Assembly: GCA_965203175.1 (NCBI GenBank) | Contig: OZ241867.1 | Span: 4,450,733-4,514,732 of the forward strand | DNA length: 64,000 bases | Source: Candidatus Latescibacterota bacterium | GTDB lineage: Bacteria; Latescibacterota; UBA2968; UBA8231 | Direction of reading: 5' to 3' | Part shown: positions 46,532-56,225 of the stretch, in pieces | Numbering within the stretch: the first letter of the stretch is position 1 | Layout of the letters: every line of letters starts with the position of its first letter | The notes under the pieces: generated by a model | Told to the model about the DNA's origin: nothing | Database searches by the model: none | What the model saw: only the letters and a program-made list of their open reading frames with translations | Program-made: the position numbers and the translations under genes

Positions 46532-48322
46532 ATGGCGAGTACCATTCGCGTTCTCGACGAAAGTCTCATTGGAAAAATCGCCGCCGGTGAGGTAGTGGAG
46601 CGACCAGCTTCGGTCGTGAAGGAATTGGTCGAAAACTCGATCGATTCGGGTGCCGCTAAAATCCGCGTGGAAATCAAGGCCGGTGGCAAGCAGTCAATTG
46701 TCGTGACCGACGATGGTTCGGGCATGAACAGAGAGGATATCGCTTTGTGCGTGCGCCGGCACGCCACGAGTAAGATGGCCTCGGTAGCCGATCTGTTCTG
46801 CATTCAGACGCTGGGGTTTCGCGGCGAAGCCCTAGCTAGCATTGGTGCGGTAGCCCACTTGGCGATAGAATCACGTGCGAGGGAAGACGAAGCCGGAACG
46901 CGCTTGGTCGTGGAAGGGGGAATAGAGCGGGAGATGCACAGCATTGGCCGAGCGCGCGGCACAGCCATTGTAGTAAACAACCTGTTCTTTAATACGCCCG
47001 CGCGGCGCAAGTTTCTCCGGTCCGTCGATACGGAAGCTCGCCACGTGGCGCAGACCATAATTCATCTAGCCGCTGGCTACCCGGCCCTTGGCTTTGAACT
47101 AGAGCACCAAGATCGCCAAGTATTGAACTACGCCCCGGCGTCTCGTCGGGAGCGCGCGGCCGAGTTGCTGGGTGTTCCAGTCGCCAAACTGTTGGATCTC
47201 GCTCACGAGGAGGAGGGTCTCAAAATCGAAGGAGTCTTAGCCGGTCCCGAGCACTGCGGCCGGAGCAAGGGCAAGCAGTATCTCATCGTACAGGGGCGCC
47301 CCATCTCTTCGCGACTGATGGCCAGTGCTATACAGCGGTGTTTTGAGGGGCTGCTGCCCGAAGGGCGTCATCCAGTATTCATGCTCTGGATCGATATGGA
47401 TCCTAAGAAAATCGACGTCAACGTCCATCCGACGAAGCGGGAGATTCGCTTGGCCAACGAAGGGCAGGTCATCGCGGCTATTGAGAACAGCGTCCGGCAG
47501 AGCTTGCGCCTGCCCGATGTACAATCCTTTGTCTATGCTGCGGCTCCAATGCTGCGGCCGGACAGCACTCCTCGCTTCAGCGGGGACAGCAGTACTGCAG
47601 GTGGCGAGCCAATACCGGTGCGCGTGGGAGAACCAGCGTCACCGGTATTGCAAAGGATGCCTGCGTCCGGCGAGCCTGGGGTAGCGGCAACCCGTGATGC
47701 CGACGATCAGCTCGCCCTGACCTTCGTCGCTCCAGCCGTCAAACTCGCCGTCGCCGAAAACGCCGCGATGTGGCAGGTCCACAACCAGTATATCCTCGTC
47801 GAAGTAGCCGATGGCCTACTCTTCGTCGACCAGCAAGCTGCACACGAACGCATCAACTACGATCGGGCCATGGAGCAAATAGACGGCGTAGCCGGAGAAA
47901 GCCAGCAGTTGCTCTTTCCCATACAGCTAGAAATGGGCGCGGCGGATTTCGAGACCCTCAACCAAGTGCGGGACGATATTGCCAAGCTGGGATTTGTCGT
48001 GCGAGATTTTGGCGCGCGGACGGTGTTGGTGGAAGCTGTGCCGGCCGAATTGGATCGCTTTGGCGATGGCGATGTTTTTTATCAGCTATTGAACGACGTG
48101 CGCGATGCCCAGAATTCGGGCCGACCTTGGCGCGAAGCGCTCGTCTTAGCTTACGCGCGCAAAGCTAGTATCAAGAAAGGCCAGAAACTGAACTCCGAGG
48201 AAATGATACACTTAATCAACGAATTGCTAAAGGCCGACTCGCCGCACATAAGCCCAACGGACAAGCCGATTATGGCGAGGATGAAATTAAGCGATATGGA
48301 GCGTTTATTGCGGAGATTCTAG
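46532..48322 (+). CDS. mutL: DNA mismatch repair protein MutL
   Basis: GHKL ATPase motifs VVERPASVVKELVENSIDSGA, DDGSGM, GFRGEAL. 596 aa. Confidence 0.95.
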   Translation: MASTIRVLDESLIGKIAAGEVVERPASVVKELVENSIDSGAAKIRVEIKAGGKQSIVVTDDGSGMNREDIALCVRRHATSKMASVADLFCIQTLGFRGEALASIGAVAHLAIESRAREDEAGTRLVVEGGIEREMHSIGRARGTAIVVNNLFFNTPARRKFLRSVDTEARHVAQTIIHLAAGYPALGFELEHQDRQVLNYAPASRRERAAELLGVPVAKLLDLAHEEEGLKIEGVLAGPEHCGRSKGKQYLIVQGRPISSRLMASAIQRCFEGLLPEGRHPVFMLWIDMDPKKIDVNVHPTKREIRLANEGQVIAAIENSVRQSLRLPDVQSFVYAAAPMLRPDSTPRFSGDSSTAGGEPIPVRVGEPASPVLQRMPASGEPGVAATRDADDQLALTFVAPAVKLAVAENAAMWQVHNQYILVEVADGLLFVDQQAAHERINYDRAMEQIDGVAGESQQLLFPIQLEMGAADFETLNQVRDDIAKLGFVVRDFGARTVLVEAVPAELDRFGDGDVFYQLLNDVRDAQNSGRPWREALVLAYARKASIKKGQKLNSEEMIHLINELLKADSPHISPTDKPIMARMKLSDMERLLRRF

Positions 48323-48475
48323 TTTTCTATTTAATCTGGCCATGATACTAACGATAACAGGCATTATCAATAGTATAAAAACTAGGCGAATCCCTTGTGA
48401 AACGCGGCGGCAAAATTCCGCGATGTTCGCTATATTTGGGACATTAGACACCAATTAAGCCCCAGCGAGCATTTT

Positions 48476-49450
48476 ATGAGTCAGACACTCAATCCGGTCG
48501 TCCGCAGGCTAACGCCAACACCAGCGTTGGTAGCGGACGATCCTTTGGAACAATTTCTCAGTGGCCAACTCAGCGAGCGCACTCGGCGCGCTTATTACGC
48601 CGACCTCCAGCATTTCTTTTTTTCTATCGGCATGGAACTAAATGAAGTATCGCTCACCGTCTTGCAGTCAATCACCTTTGAGCACGTGGTCGCCTTTAGA
48701 AATCAGCTCGCCAGCGAAGGTTATAAGCGCAGCAGCATCAACAGAAAATTGTCCAGCCTGAAGTCGTTGTTCAAGATGCTGGTCGCCTTAGGTCACATCG
48801 AGAAGAATCCCGCTGACTCTACGTTGGTGCGCGGTTATAAAGTGGACGAAACCCTAGCTGGCAAGGCGCTTTCCAATCAGGTGCTGAACAAGATCCAGCA
48901 AGCCATTGCCGAGGAAAAAGACGATTTGGTTCGCACGCGCGATGCAGCCATGTTTCATTTGCTTACATTCGGCGGCCTGCGCCGCTCTGAAGTGGCTGGC
49001 ATCGCTTGGGAGGATATATCCTTGGAGGGCGTCTTTTATATCCTGCATCTCCCCGAGACTAAATCGGGCGTGGCGCAGGATATAAAACTGCAAAACGTCG
49101 TCCTGCATCATCTCGAATTATACAAAGAACAATTACAGGCGGCGGGCTTGCCGACGACTGGCAAGGTCTTCATCAGCCTGTCGCGCAACCAATCTCGCGG
49201 TCAGCCGCTGACTGACCAATCGGTAAATCACGTCGTTAAGAAGTACGCTATGCGCGCTGGCCTCCCCCAGAACGTCACCGCGCATATGTTCCGCCACACG
49301 TGCTGTACTCTGGCGATTGAAGGCGGAGCTAAGCCCCAGCAAGTGCAAGCCCATTTGCGCCACAAGGATCTAAAGACGACGATGCGTTACTACGAGAATC
49401 GCGAAAAGCTGCTCGATAATGCGTCTGATTACATTAATATTGGTAGTTGA
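48476..49450 (+). CDS. XerC/XerD-family tyrosine recombinase
   Basis: Catalytic pattern GLRRSE ... HMFRHT ... LRHKD ... MRYY. 324 aa. Looks AT-richer than its neighbours. Confidence 0.9.
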   Translation: MSQTLNPVVRRLTPTPALVADDPLEQFLSGQLSERTRRAYYADLQHFFFSIGMELNEVSLTVLQSITFEHVVAFRNQLASEGYKRSSINRKLSSLKSLFKMLVALGHIEKNPADSTLVRGYKVDETLAGKALSNQVLNKIQQAIAEEKDDLVRTRDAAMFHLLTFGGLRRSEVAGIAWEDISLEGVFYILHLPETKSGVAQDIKLQNVVLHHLELYKEQLQAAGLPTTGKVFISLSRNQSRGQPLTDQSVNHVVKKYAMRAGLPQNVTAHMFRHTCCTLAIEGGAKPQQVQAHLRHKDLKTTMRYYENREKLLDNASDYINIGS

Positions 49451-49493
49451 TGTTTTTTGTTTTGTAGGCGGATTTTTTTCTTCGGCTTCTTTC

Positions 49494-49527
49494 TTTTTGT
49501 TTACATAAAATATTTTATAAGACTTTT
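49494..49527 (-). repeat. right copy of the 34-bp inverted repeat; dif-like core 49498-49525
   Basis: TTTTTGTTTACATAAAATATTTTATAAGACTTTT. Lies 48 bp after the recombinase stop and 20 bp from the leuS stop. Confidence 0.95.
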
Positions 49528-49544
49528 AAGGTTTGTATTGATTT

Positions 49545-52430
49545 CTATACCACAATATTGACAATTTTATTCGGTACCCATATAAACCGCTTTATCGCCG
49601 CTTCATCGGCTACGTATTTCTGAATGCTCTCCATGTCGAGCACCAAGGACTTTATCTCTTCCTCTCCAGTGCGAACCGGTACTTCGACTTGTCCGCGCAT
49701 TTTGCCGTTGACCTGAATAGGCACTACGATCATGTCCTCGGCGGCCTTGGCAGCATCCCAGTCAGGCCAGTTCTGACGACTGAGGTCTCCTCTCCCAAAG
49801 CCCGCCATTTCCCATAGCTCCTCGGCAATATGCGGAGCAAAGGGCGCGAGCAGGTTCAAGAAAGGCTTGGCAACAGCCTGCGGTACTTCGCCTAAGGACA
49901 CCAACAGGTTATTTAACTCGATCAAGGCGGCAATAGCCGTATTAAACCGCAGCCCCTCTATATCCTCAGTTACCTTTTGAATGGTTTGGTGCAGCTTTCT
50001 TTCTAGCTCCGGTGCCAACGCAGCGCTCTCCCCTATTCTCACACGTCGATCTGAATCGACAAAGTTGCGCCACACGCGCTGTAAGAAGCGCTGCATCCCG
50101 CGAATGCCTTCCATGCTCCACGGCGCACTCGCTTCGAGCGGCCCCATGTACATTTCGTACAACCGCAAGGTATCCACGCCAAACTCCTCGCCGACTTCTT
50201 CGGGCGGTAGCCCGTTTTTGTAGCGTTTACCCATCTTGCCAGAAGAACGGTGCAGCGTCTTCCCTGTCTCCTTCTCAACAGGCTCCCCGTCGCGGAACTC
50301 AACCTCGCGGATGTCGATATACACGCCGCGGTCGTCCTGAAAGGCATCTGCGGTCATCATGCCTTGGTTAAACAGCTTCTTAAACGGCTCGGGGGTAGAT
50401 ACGTGGCCTAAGTCATAGAGGGCCTTGTGCCAAAACCGAGCGTAGAGCAAGTGCAACACAGCGTGTTCAGCGCCGCCGATGTAGAGATCGACGGGCATGA
50501 AGTAGCCCTCCTTAGCCAAGTCGCAGAAGGCTTCTTCGTTGTGCGGATCAATAAAACGGAGATAGTACCAGCAAGAACCGGCCCATTGGGGCATGACGTT
50601 GAGTTCGCGCTGGCAGGCTATTCCGTCAATTTCCACCGTCGTCCACTCCGCTCCGGCCCGGTGCAGCGGCGGCGAAACGGGTTGAGTGGGATCGTCGGAG
50701 GTCTCCGGCCTAAAATCTTCTAGGTCCGGCAGCGCCACTGGAGGCCCAACCGCAACAGAATATCCATCAGGATGCGTAGCCAGTGGAAAGGGTTCGCCCC
50801 AATAGCGCTGTCGAGCAAAAGTCCAGTCGCGCAGTTTGTAGTTTACTGCAGCTTGGCCTCGCCCCTCGGCGACTAGTGCGGCGACGATCTGGGATTTGGC
50901 CACGGCCGTCGCCAATCCGTTAATGGCGTATGGATTATCGCCGCCCAGTACTGGAGGCGAGTTGATGGCGGTTCCCTCCCCGGTATACCACCCTTCGACC
51001 TTTCCTTCCCCTCCAGTAACTACCTTCACAATGTCCAAGTTATAGGCGGTGGCAAAGGCGAAATCGCGCTCGTCGTGAGCCGGCACCGCCATAATGGCCC
51101 CCGCGCCGTAATCCATGCTGACGTAGTCGGCGACGAAAATGGGGATTTTTTGTCCATTGACTGGATTGCGGGCGTAGATGCCGGAGAAAATGCCCGTTTT
51201 TTCTTTGGTCTCATCCGCAGTGGAGACAGCAACCTGCGCTATGTACTGGGCTATAGCTTCCCGGATGGATCCCCCTCCTCCCTTCCACTGATCCGGCGTC
51301 CCGTCGGGCCAAGCACTGGGAACCAAATAGGCTTCCTCGGCCGGGTCCACCAGCGGATGCTGAGGGGCAAGGGCCATAAAGGTCGCTCCAAAGAGCGTAT
51401 CGGGGCGGGTTGTGAACACGAGCAACTGCCCGGCGACCGCGTCGCTTTGCGGGTCGAGGACATCAAAGCACACTTCAGCTCCTTCGCTGCGACCAATCCA
51501 GTTGCGCTGCATCCGTTTGATCGGTTCTGGCCAATCGAGCCGGAAGGACGCGCCGTTGCGGTCCTCCAGTTCAAAGTCCAAGTCCTCTAAGAGCCGCTCG
51601 GCGTAGGCTGTTATACGCATCGTCCATTGTCGCAACGGTTTGCGGTATACGGGAAAATCTCCCCGCTCGCTGCGGCCTTCGTTGGTTACCTCCTCGTTGG
51701 CCAACACAGTGCCCAAGCCGGGACACCAGTTGACGACGGCCTCTTGCTGGTACGCCAGCCGGTAGTTGTTCAGCACGGTTTGACGCTCGGCCGCAGTTAG
51801 TGCGGACCAGGCTTTATCAGTGCCAAGAACTTGACGGCCTGCTGCCGACAAAGCCCTGCCCGCCGCAAATTGGGCCTCTAAGTCGGCGATGGGCTTAGCC
51901 CGTCCCTTTATTTGGCGTCCATTGCCGTCTTCCCAGATCTCGTCTTCGTCGAAATAACTATCGAATAGCTGGGTGAAAATCCACTGAGTCCAGCGGTAGT
52001 ACGACGCCCGCGACGTGACCACTTCGCGGGCCCAATCAAACGAGAGTCCAAGAAACTGCAATTGGCTGCGCATCGCATCGATATTCTGCTCTGTTACAGC
52101 CGCTGGATGGATGTTGTGTTCGATCGCGTATTGCTCGGCCGGCAAGCCAAAACTGTCGAACCCCATCGGATGCAGGACGTTAAATCCCTGCATCCTTTTG
52201 TAGCGACTGTAGATGTCGCTGGCGATATACCCCTTGGGATGGCCGATGTGCAGCCCTGCTCCGCTTGGATAGGGAAACATATCAAGGATGTAGCACTTTG
52301 GTTTGTTGTGGTCGAAACCGCGGTCTCCCGGCCCCAGTGTTTGATAGGTCTTTTCTTGCTCCCAATGGGACCGCCATTTGGTTTCGATGGCTTGAAAATT
52401 GTATTGGCCTTTTTTTGTTTTGATTGACAT
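49545..52430 (-). CDS. leuS: leucyl-tRNA synthetase
   Basis: HIGH (GLHIGH) and KMSKS-like (GKMGKR) motifs, 961 aa. Confidence 0.96.
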   Translation of the reverse strand: MSIKTKKGQYNFQAIETKWRSHWEQEKTYQTLGPGDRGFDHNKPKCYILDMFPYPSGAGLHIGHPKGYIASDIYSRYKRMQGFNVLHPMGFDSFGLPAEQYAIEHNIHPAAVTEQNIDAMRSQLQFLGLSFDWAREVVTSRASYYRWTQWIFTQLFDSYFDEDEIWEDGNGRQIKGRAKPIADLEAQFAAGRALSAAGRQVLGTDKAWSALTAAERQTVLNNYRLAYQQEAVVNWCPGLGTVLANEEVTNEGRSERGDFPVYRKPLRQWTMRITAYAERLLEDLDFELEDRNGASFRLDWPEPIKRMQRNWIGRSEGAEVCFDVLDPQSDAVAGQLLVFTTRPDTLFGATFMALAPQHPLVDPAEEAYLVPSAWPDGTPDQWKGGGGSIREAIAQYIAQVAVSTADETKEKTGIFSGIYARNPVNGQKIPIFVADYVSMDYGAGAIMAVPAHDERDFAFATAYNLDIVKVVTGGEGKVEGWYTGEGTAINSPPVLGGDNPYAINGLATAVAKSQIVAALVAEGRGQAAVNYKLRDWTFARQRYWGEPFPLATHPDGYSVAVGPPVALPDLEDFRPETSDDPTQPVSPPLHRAGAEWTTVEIDGIACQRELNVMPQWAGSCWYYLRFIDPHNEEAFCDLAKEGYFMPVDLYIGGAEHAVLHLLYARFWHKALYDLGHVSTPEPFKKLFNQGMMTADAFQDDRGVYIDIREVEFRDGEPVEKETGKTLHRSSGKMGKRYKNGLPPEEVGEEFGVDTLRLYEMYMGPLEASAPWSMEGIRGMQRFLQRVWRNFVDSDRRVRIGESAALAPELERKLHQTIQKVTEDIEGLRFNTAIAALIELNNLLVSLGEVPQAVAKPFLNLLAPFAPHIAEELWEMAGFGRGDLSRQNWPDWDAAKAAEDMIVVPIQVNGKMRGQVEVPVRTGEEEIKSLVLDMESIQKYVADEAAIKRFIWVPNKIVNIVV

Positions 52431-52449
52431 AATTATCCTTATAAGACAT
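52422..52449 (-). other. dif-like 11-6-11 site (copy c)
   Basis: On the minus strand: ATGTCTTATAA-GGATAA-TTATGTCAATC. Spans the whole asnS-leuS spacer plus leuS codons 1-3. Confidence 0.4.
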
Positions 52450-53754
52450 TTATGGATAGAGGCGTTGCATCATGCGCGGAAATGGAATGCTCTCGCGCAC
52501 GTGCTTGACGCCACACAACCAAGCGACCACCCGCTCGATTCCCATGCCAAAGCCAGCGTGTTCAACCGAGCCGTAGCGCCGCAAGTCGAGATACCAGCTA
52601 AAGGCTTCCTCGGGCAACTGGTGCGTGGCAATTTTGTGCTGCAAGACGACAAGATCGTCTTCGCGTTGCCCGCCCCCAATGATTTCCCCATACCCTTCGG
52701 GTGCCAACAGGTCCATACACAGGGCCAAGCGGCGATCTTGGGCATCTTCCTTCATGTAGAATGCTTTGACTGCACTGGGATAGCGATGGACAAAAACCGG
52801 CACCTCGAACTCAGAGGCAAGGAGGGTTTCGTCGTCCCCACCCAGATCACTCCCCCATTTGATGTCGCTACCGAGGGCTGTCAAGCGCTCGACGGCTTCA
52901 TCATAGGTCAGGCGCGGAAAGGGCCGGCTGACCTGTTCCAGCTTGGTAGTATCTCGTTCGAGCAGCTTTAGCTCTTCGCGGCGGCGGGCGAGCACGCGGT
53001 CAAGCACGTACAAGACCATGTCCTCGGCCAAAGCCATGGCACCCTCCAAATCGCAATACGCCATCTCCGGCTCGATCATCCAGAACTCGGTCAAGTGCCG
53101 GCGGGTTTTGGACTTTTCAGCACGGAACGTCGGGCCAAAACAATAGACCTTGCCTAAGGCCATGGCGGCCGCTTCCATATAGAGCTGACCGCTCTGAGTC
53201 AAATAAGCCGTGTCGTCGAAATACGCGGTCTCAAATAGGGTCGAGGTCCCCTCACAGGCTGCGGGCGTAAAAATCGGTGCATCCACGAGGACAAAGTCGC
53301 GCTCTTCCATGAAGTCGCGGCAGGCCTTGCCGATTTCGCTGCGGATCTTGAGAATGGCCCCAGGCCGCATGGAACGCAGCCATAAATGGCGGTGGTCGAG
53401 GAGAAAGGACACCCCGTGTTCCTTAGGTGTGATGGGATATGGTTCGGCCTCCTGCACGACTTCGAGATCGCTGACCCCCACCTCATAGCCAATAGGTGCG
53501 CGCTCTTCCCGCCGTACTTGGCCGTGGACTACGAGCGAAGATTCTTGCGGCAAGTGATCGCACCGCTCGAATAGCTCTGACTCGACATCCCCTTTAAAAA
53601 CAACGCATTGTACCACGCCGCTACCATCGCGCAGTTGCATAAAATGCAGCTTGCCGCTCGAGCGCTTGTTGTACAACCAACCGCGCAGCACCACTTCTCG
53701 GCCTTCATAGCGGCCGATATCAGCCACCTGAATCGACTCCATTTCCTTATCCAT
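52450..53754 (-). CDS. asnS: asparaginyl-tRNA synthetase
   Basis: [21 protein letters not shown] and class II motif 3 GFGMGIER. Confidence 0.93.
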   Translation of the reverse strand: MDKEMESIQVADIGRYEGREVVLRGWLYNKRSSGKLHFMQLRDGSGVVQCVVFKGDVESELFERCDHLPQESSLVVHGQVRREERAPIGYEVGVSDLEVVQEAEPYPITPKEHGVSFLLDHRHLWLRSMRPGAILKIRSEIGKACRDFMEERDFVLVDAPIFTPAACEGTSTLFETAYFDDTAYLTQSGQLYMEAAAMALGKVYCFGPTFRAEKSKTRRHLTEFWMIEPEMAYCDLEGAMALAEDMVLYVLDRVLARRREELKLLERDTTKLEQVSRPFPRLTYDEAVERLTALGSDIKWGSDLGGDDETLLASEFEVPVFVHRYPSAVKAFYMKEDAQDRRLALCMDLLAPEGYGEIIGGGQREDDLVVLQHKIATHQLPEEAFSWYLDLRRYGSVEHAGFGMGIERVVAWLCGVKHVRESIPFPRMMQRLYP

Positions 53755-53770
53755 ACACCATTATATAATA

Positions 53771-53799
53771 AGAAAAGACTATCGAGATAGACTCGATAG
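53771..53799 (-). terminator. terminator after pnp
   Basis: CTATCGAG / CTCGATAG stem, then TCTTTTCT on the minus strand. Confidence 0.6.
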
Positions 53800-53829
53800 C
53801 CTTCTCATCCTGTGGCTCAAGACCGGCAC

Positions 53830-55899
53830 CTACTTCTTTAGCAGGGCCTTGTGGCTGAGCCGCATCTTGCCGCCGGTGTCGATTTCAAGGACTTTGACGG
53901 CGATCGTGTCCCCTTGACCAACGACGTCTTCGACCTTGTCCACACGCCGATGTGCCAGCTCGGAGATGTGCAACAAGCCCTCTTTCCCAGGCAGAATCTC
54001 GACGAAGGCCCCAAAGGGCATGACCCGCTTGACCACCCCGTCATATTCCTTGCCCACCTCGGCGTCAGCGGTAATTCCCTTGATCATGCGCCGAGCTTCT
54101 TCGGCTGGGCCAGCTTCAACCGAAGCAATGGTAATCGTGCCGTCTTCGTCGACATTGACCGTGGCACCGGTCTTTTCGATCTCGCGGATGGTCTTGCCGC
54201 CTGGGCCGATGACCGCGCCGATTTTGCCCTGATCAATCTTGACAAACTCAATGCGCGGTGCCCAGCGCGAAAGCTCGGGCCGCGCCTCGTTCAGGCATTC
54301 ATCCATAATGGCCAAGACTTTGTCGCGCCCCTCCTTGGCGCGGTCTAGGGCTTCCTTGAAAATGTCTAGCTGCAAGCCCTGGATTTTTATATCCATCTGG
54401 ATCGCGGTAATCCCGTCCTTGGTGCCAGCGACCTTGAGATCCATGTCGCCGAGAAAATCTTCGGCGTCGCGGATGTCGGTCAGCAGCTCGTACTCATCCC
54501 CTTCCTTGACTAAGCCTACGCCCGTGCCGCACACCGCGGTTTTAACGGGAATTCCGGCGTCCATCAAGGCGAGGGAGCAGCCACACACCGTGGCCATGGA
54601 GCTAGAGCTACTCGACTCGGTAATATCGGATACCAACCGAATTGTGTAGGGAAAGGATTCGACCGATGGAATGACCGGCTCTAAGGCGCGCTCGGCCAGA
54701 TGGCCATGGCCGATGTCCCGCCGTCCCGGACCGCGCTCAAAGCGCACTTCGCCGACCGAATAGGGGGGGAAGTTGTAATCCAAGTAATAGGACTTAAACC
54801 GCTTGCCCTGTAGGTCGTCGGCCATTCGCTCGTCGAGCTTGGTGCCCAGCGTCGCCACGCAGAGCGCTTGCGTCTGCCCGCGGGTAAACAGCGCCGAGCC
54901 GTGCGTCCGCGGCAGTACGGTGCTCTCGCAGGTGACGTCGCGCACCGCGTCGAGCGCGCGGCCGTCAATGCGCCGCTTCTCCTTGAGGATCAGGGTGCGC
55001 ATGTCGGCCTTGAGCAGCGCCTCCAGCTCGTCCTTGATCAGCTTTTCAGACTCTGGAAAGCGTTCGGCTAGGCTCTCCAAGACATCGGCATTAATCGCGT
55101 CGATGCGCTCTTGCCGCTCTTCTTTGAGCGGGCTTCTATTGGCCTCGGCGATCCGCTCTTGCGCCAACTCGGCAACGGCATGGACCAGTGCAGGATCGAC
55201 TTGCTCGACCTCGATGGCAATCTTCTCCTTGCCGACTTCGGAGACGAGTTGCTCCTGTAGCTGGACCAACTCGGCGATGCACTCGTGGCCAAAGGCCAAT
55301 GCATCCACCAGATCTTGCTCGGCAATCTCGTGGGCACCCCCTTCGACGCTGACGATGGAATCGGCCGTGCCGCAGACTATGATTTCGAGATCGGAATCAT
55401 CTAGCTCGGCAAGGGTCGGATTGGCGACGAACTCGCCGTTGATGCGCCCGACCCGCACGGCTCCCATAGGGCCAGCAAAGGGAATGTCGGATATACTCAG
55501 GGCCGCCGAGGCCCCAATTAAACCCAAGACCTCGGCGTCGTTTTCTCCGTCGTACGAAAGCACCGAAACATAGACTTGGATCTCATAAGGGAACTTCTTG
55601 GGAAACATCGGCCGAATGGGGTGATCTATTAACCGAGCACTCAGGGTCTCCTTCTCGGAGGGACGCCCTTCGCGCTTGAAGATGTTGCCTGGTATCTTGC
55701 CACCAGCGTAGGCCTTTTCCCGGTAATCTACGATCAAGGGCAAAAAACCTCGGTCCTCCGGGGTGTTGGTTCGGCAGGCCGTGACCAGCACTACGGTCTC
55801 TCCGTATTGCATCCACACGGCCCCATTGGCTTGCTTGGCGATTCTGCCTGTTTCAATCGACAGATTCCGCCCGCCTATTTCGCGTTCGAGTTTAGTCAT
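53830..55899 (-). CDS. pnp: polyribonucleotide nucleotidyltransferase
   Basis: Two RNase PH domains plus KH and S1, 689 aa. Confidence 0.96.
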   Translation of the reverse strand: MTKLEREIGGRNLSIETGRIAKQANGAVWMQYGETVVLVTACRTNTPEDRGFLPLIVDYREKAYAGGKIPGNIFKREGRPSEKETLSARLIDHPIRPMFPKKFPYEIQVYVSVLSYDGENDAEVLGLIGASAALSISDIPFAGPMGAVRVGRINGEFVANPTLAELDDSDLEIIVCGTADSIVSVEGGAHEIAEQDLVDALAFGHECIAELVQLQEQLVSEVGKEKIAIEVEQVDPALVHAVAELAQERIAEANRSPLKEERQERIDAINADVLESLAERFPESEKLIKDELEALLKADMRTLILKEKRRIDGRALDAVRDVTCESTVLPRTHGSALFTRGQTQALCVATLGTKLDERMADDLQGKRFKSYYLDYNFPPYSVGEVRFERGPGRRDIGHGHLAERALEPVIPSVESFPYTIRLVSDITESSSSSSMATVCGCSLALMDAGIPVKTAVCGTGVGLVKEGDEYELLTDIRDAEDFLGDMDLKVAGTKDGITAIQMDIKIQGLQLDIFKEALDRAKEGRDKVLAIMDECLNEARPELSRWAPRIEFVKIDQGKIGAVIGPGGKTIREIEKTGATVNVDEDGTITIASVEAGPAEEARRMIKGITADAEVGKEYDGVVKRVMPFGAFVEILPGKEGLLHISELAHRRVDKVEDVVGQGDTIAVKVLEIDTGGKMRLSHKALLKK

Positions 55900-55952
55900 T
55901 AGATATATCTTTCGCTCTTTCCTTTGAGGTTTTGAAATTCGCTCAGTACGAG

Positions 55953-56225
55953 CTAACGGCGCAACCCAAGCTCGCGGATCAACGCCGCATACGCCTGCGG
56001 GTTTTTCTTTAGGTAGTAGCTTTGTAATCGCCTCCTTTTGCCTATGAGTACGAGTAATCCCCGCCGCGTGGCAAAGTCCTTTTCCTGGTCTTTGAGATGT
56101 TCGGTCAGGTTCTCGATGCGCTCGGTGAGAATGGCAATCTGTACCGGGGTGGCCCCAGGGCCGCCTTCTTGGCCAAATTTCTCGATCAGTTCTTTCTTGC
56201 GCTCAGTTGTTATTGACACCTTCAA
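55953..56225 (-). CDS. rpsO: 30S ribosomal protein S15
   Basis: 90-aa S15 pattern (...DFATRRGLLVLIGKRRRLQSYL). Confidence 0.95.
   Translation of the reverse strand: MKVSITTERKKELIEKFGQEGGPGATPVQIAILTERIENLTEHLKDQEKDFATRRGLLVLIGKRRRLQSYYLKKNPQAYAALIRELGLRR

Noticed and set aside
46126-46803. 225-aa minus-strand ORF antisense to the SHOCT gene and the mutL 5' end.
   Set aside because: The composition is Ser/Arg/Pro-rich with no motifs. The sense-strand genes are strongly supported.
54803-55573. 256-aa plus-strand ORF inside pnp.
   Set aside because: It is antisense to pnp and extremely Ser-rich with low complexity.
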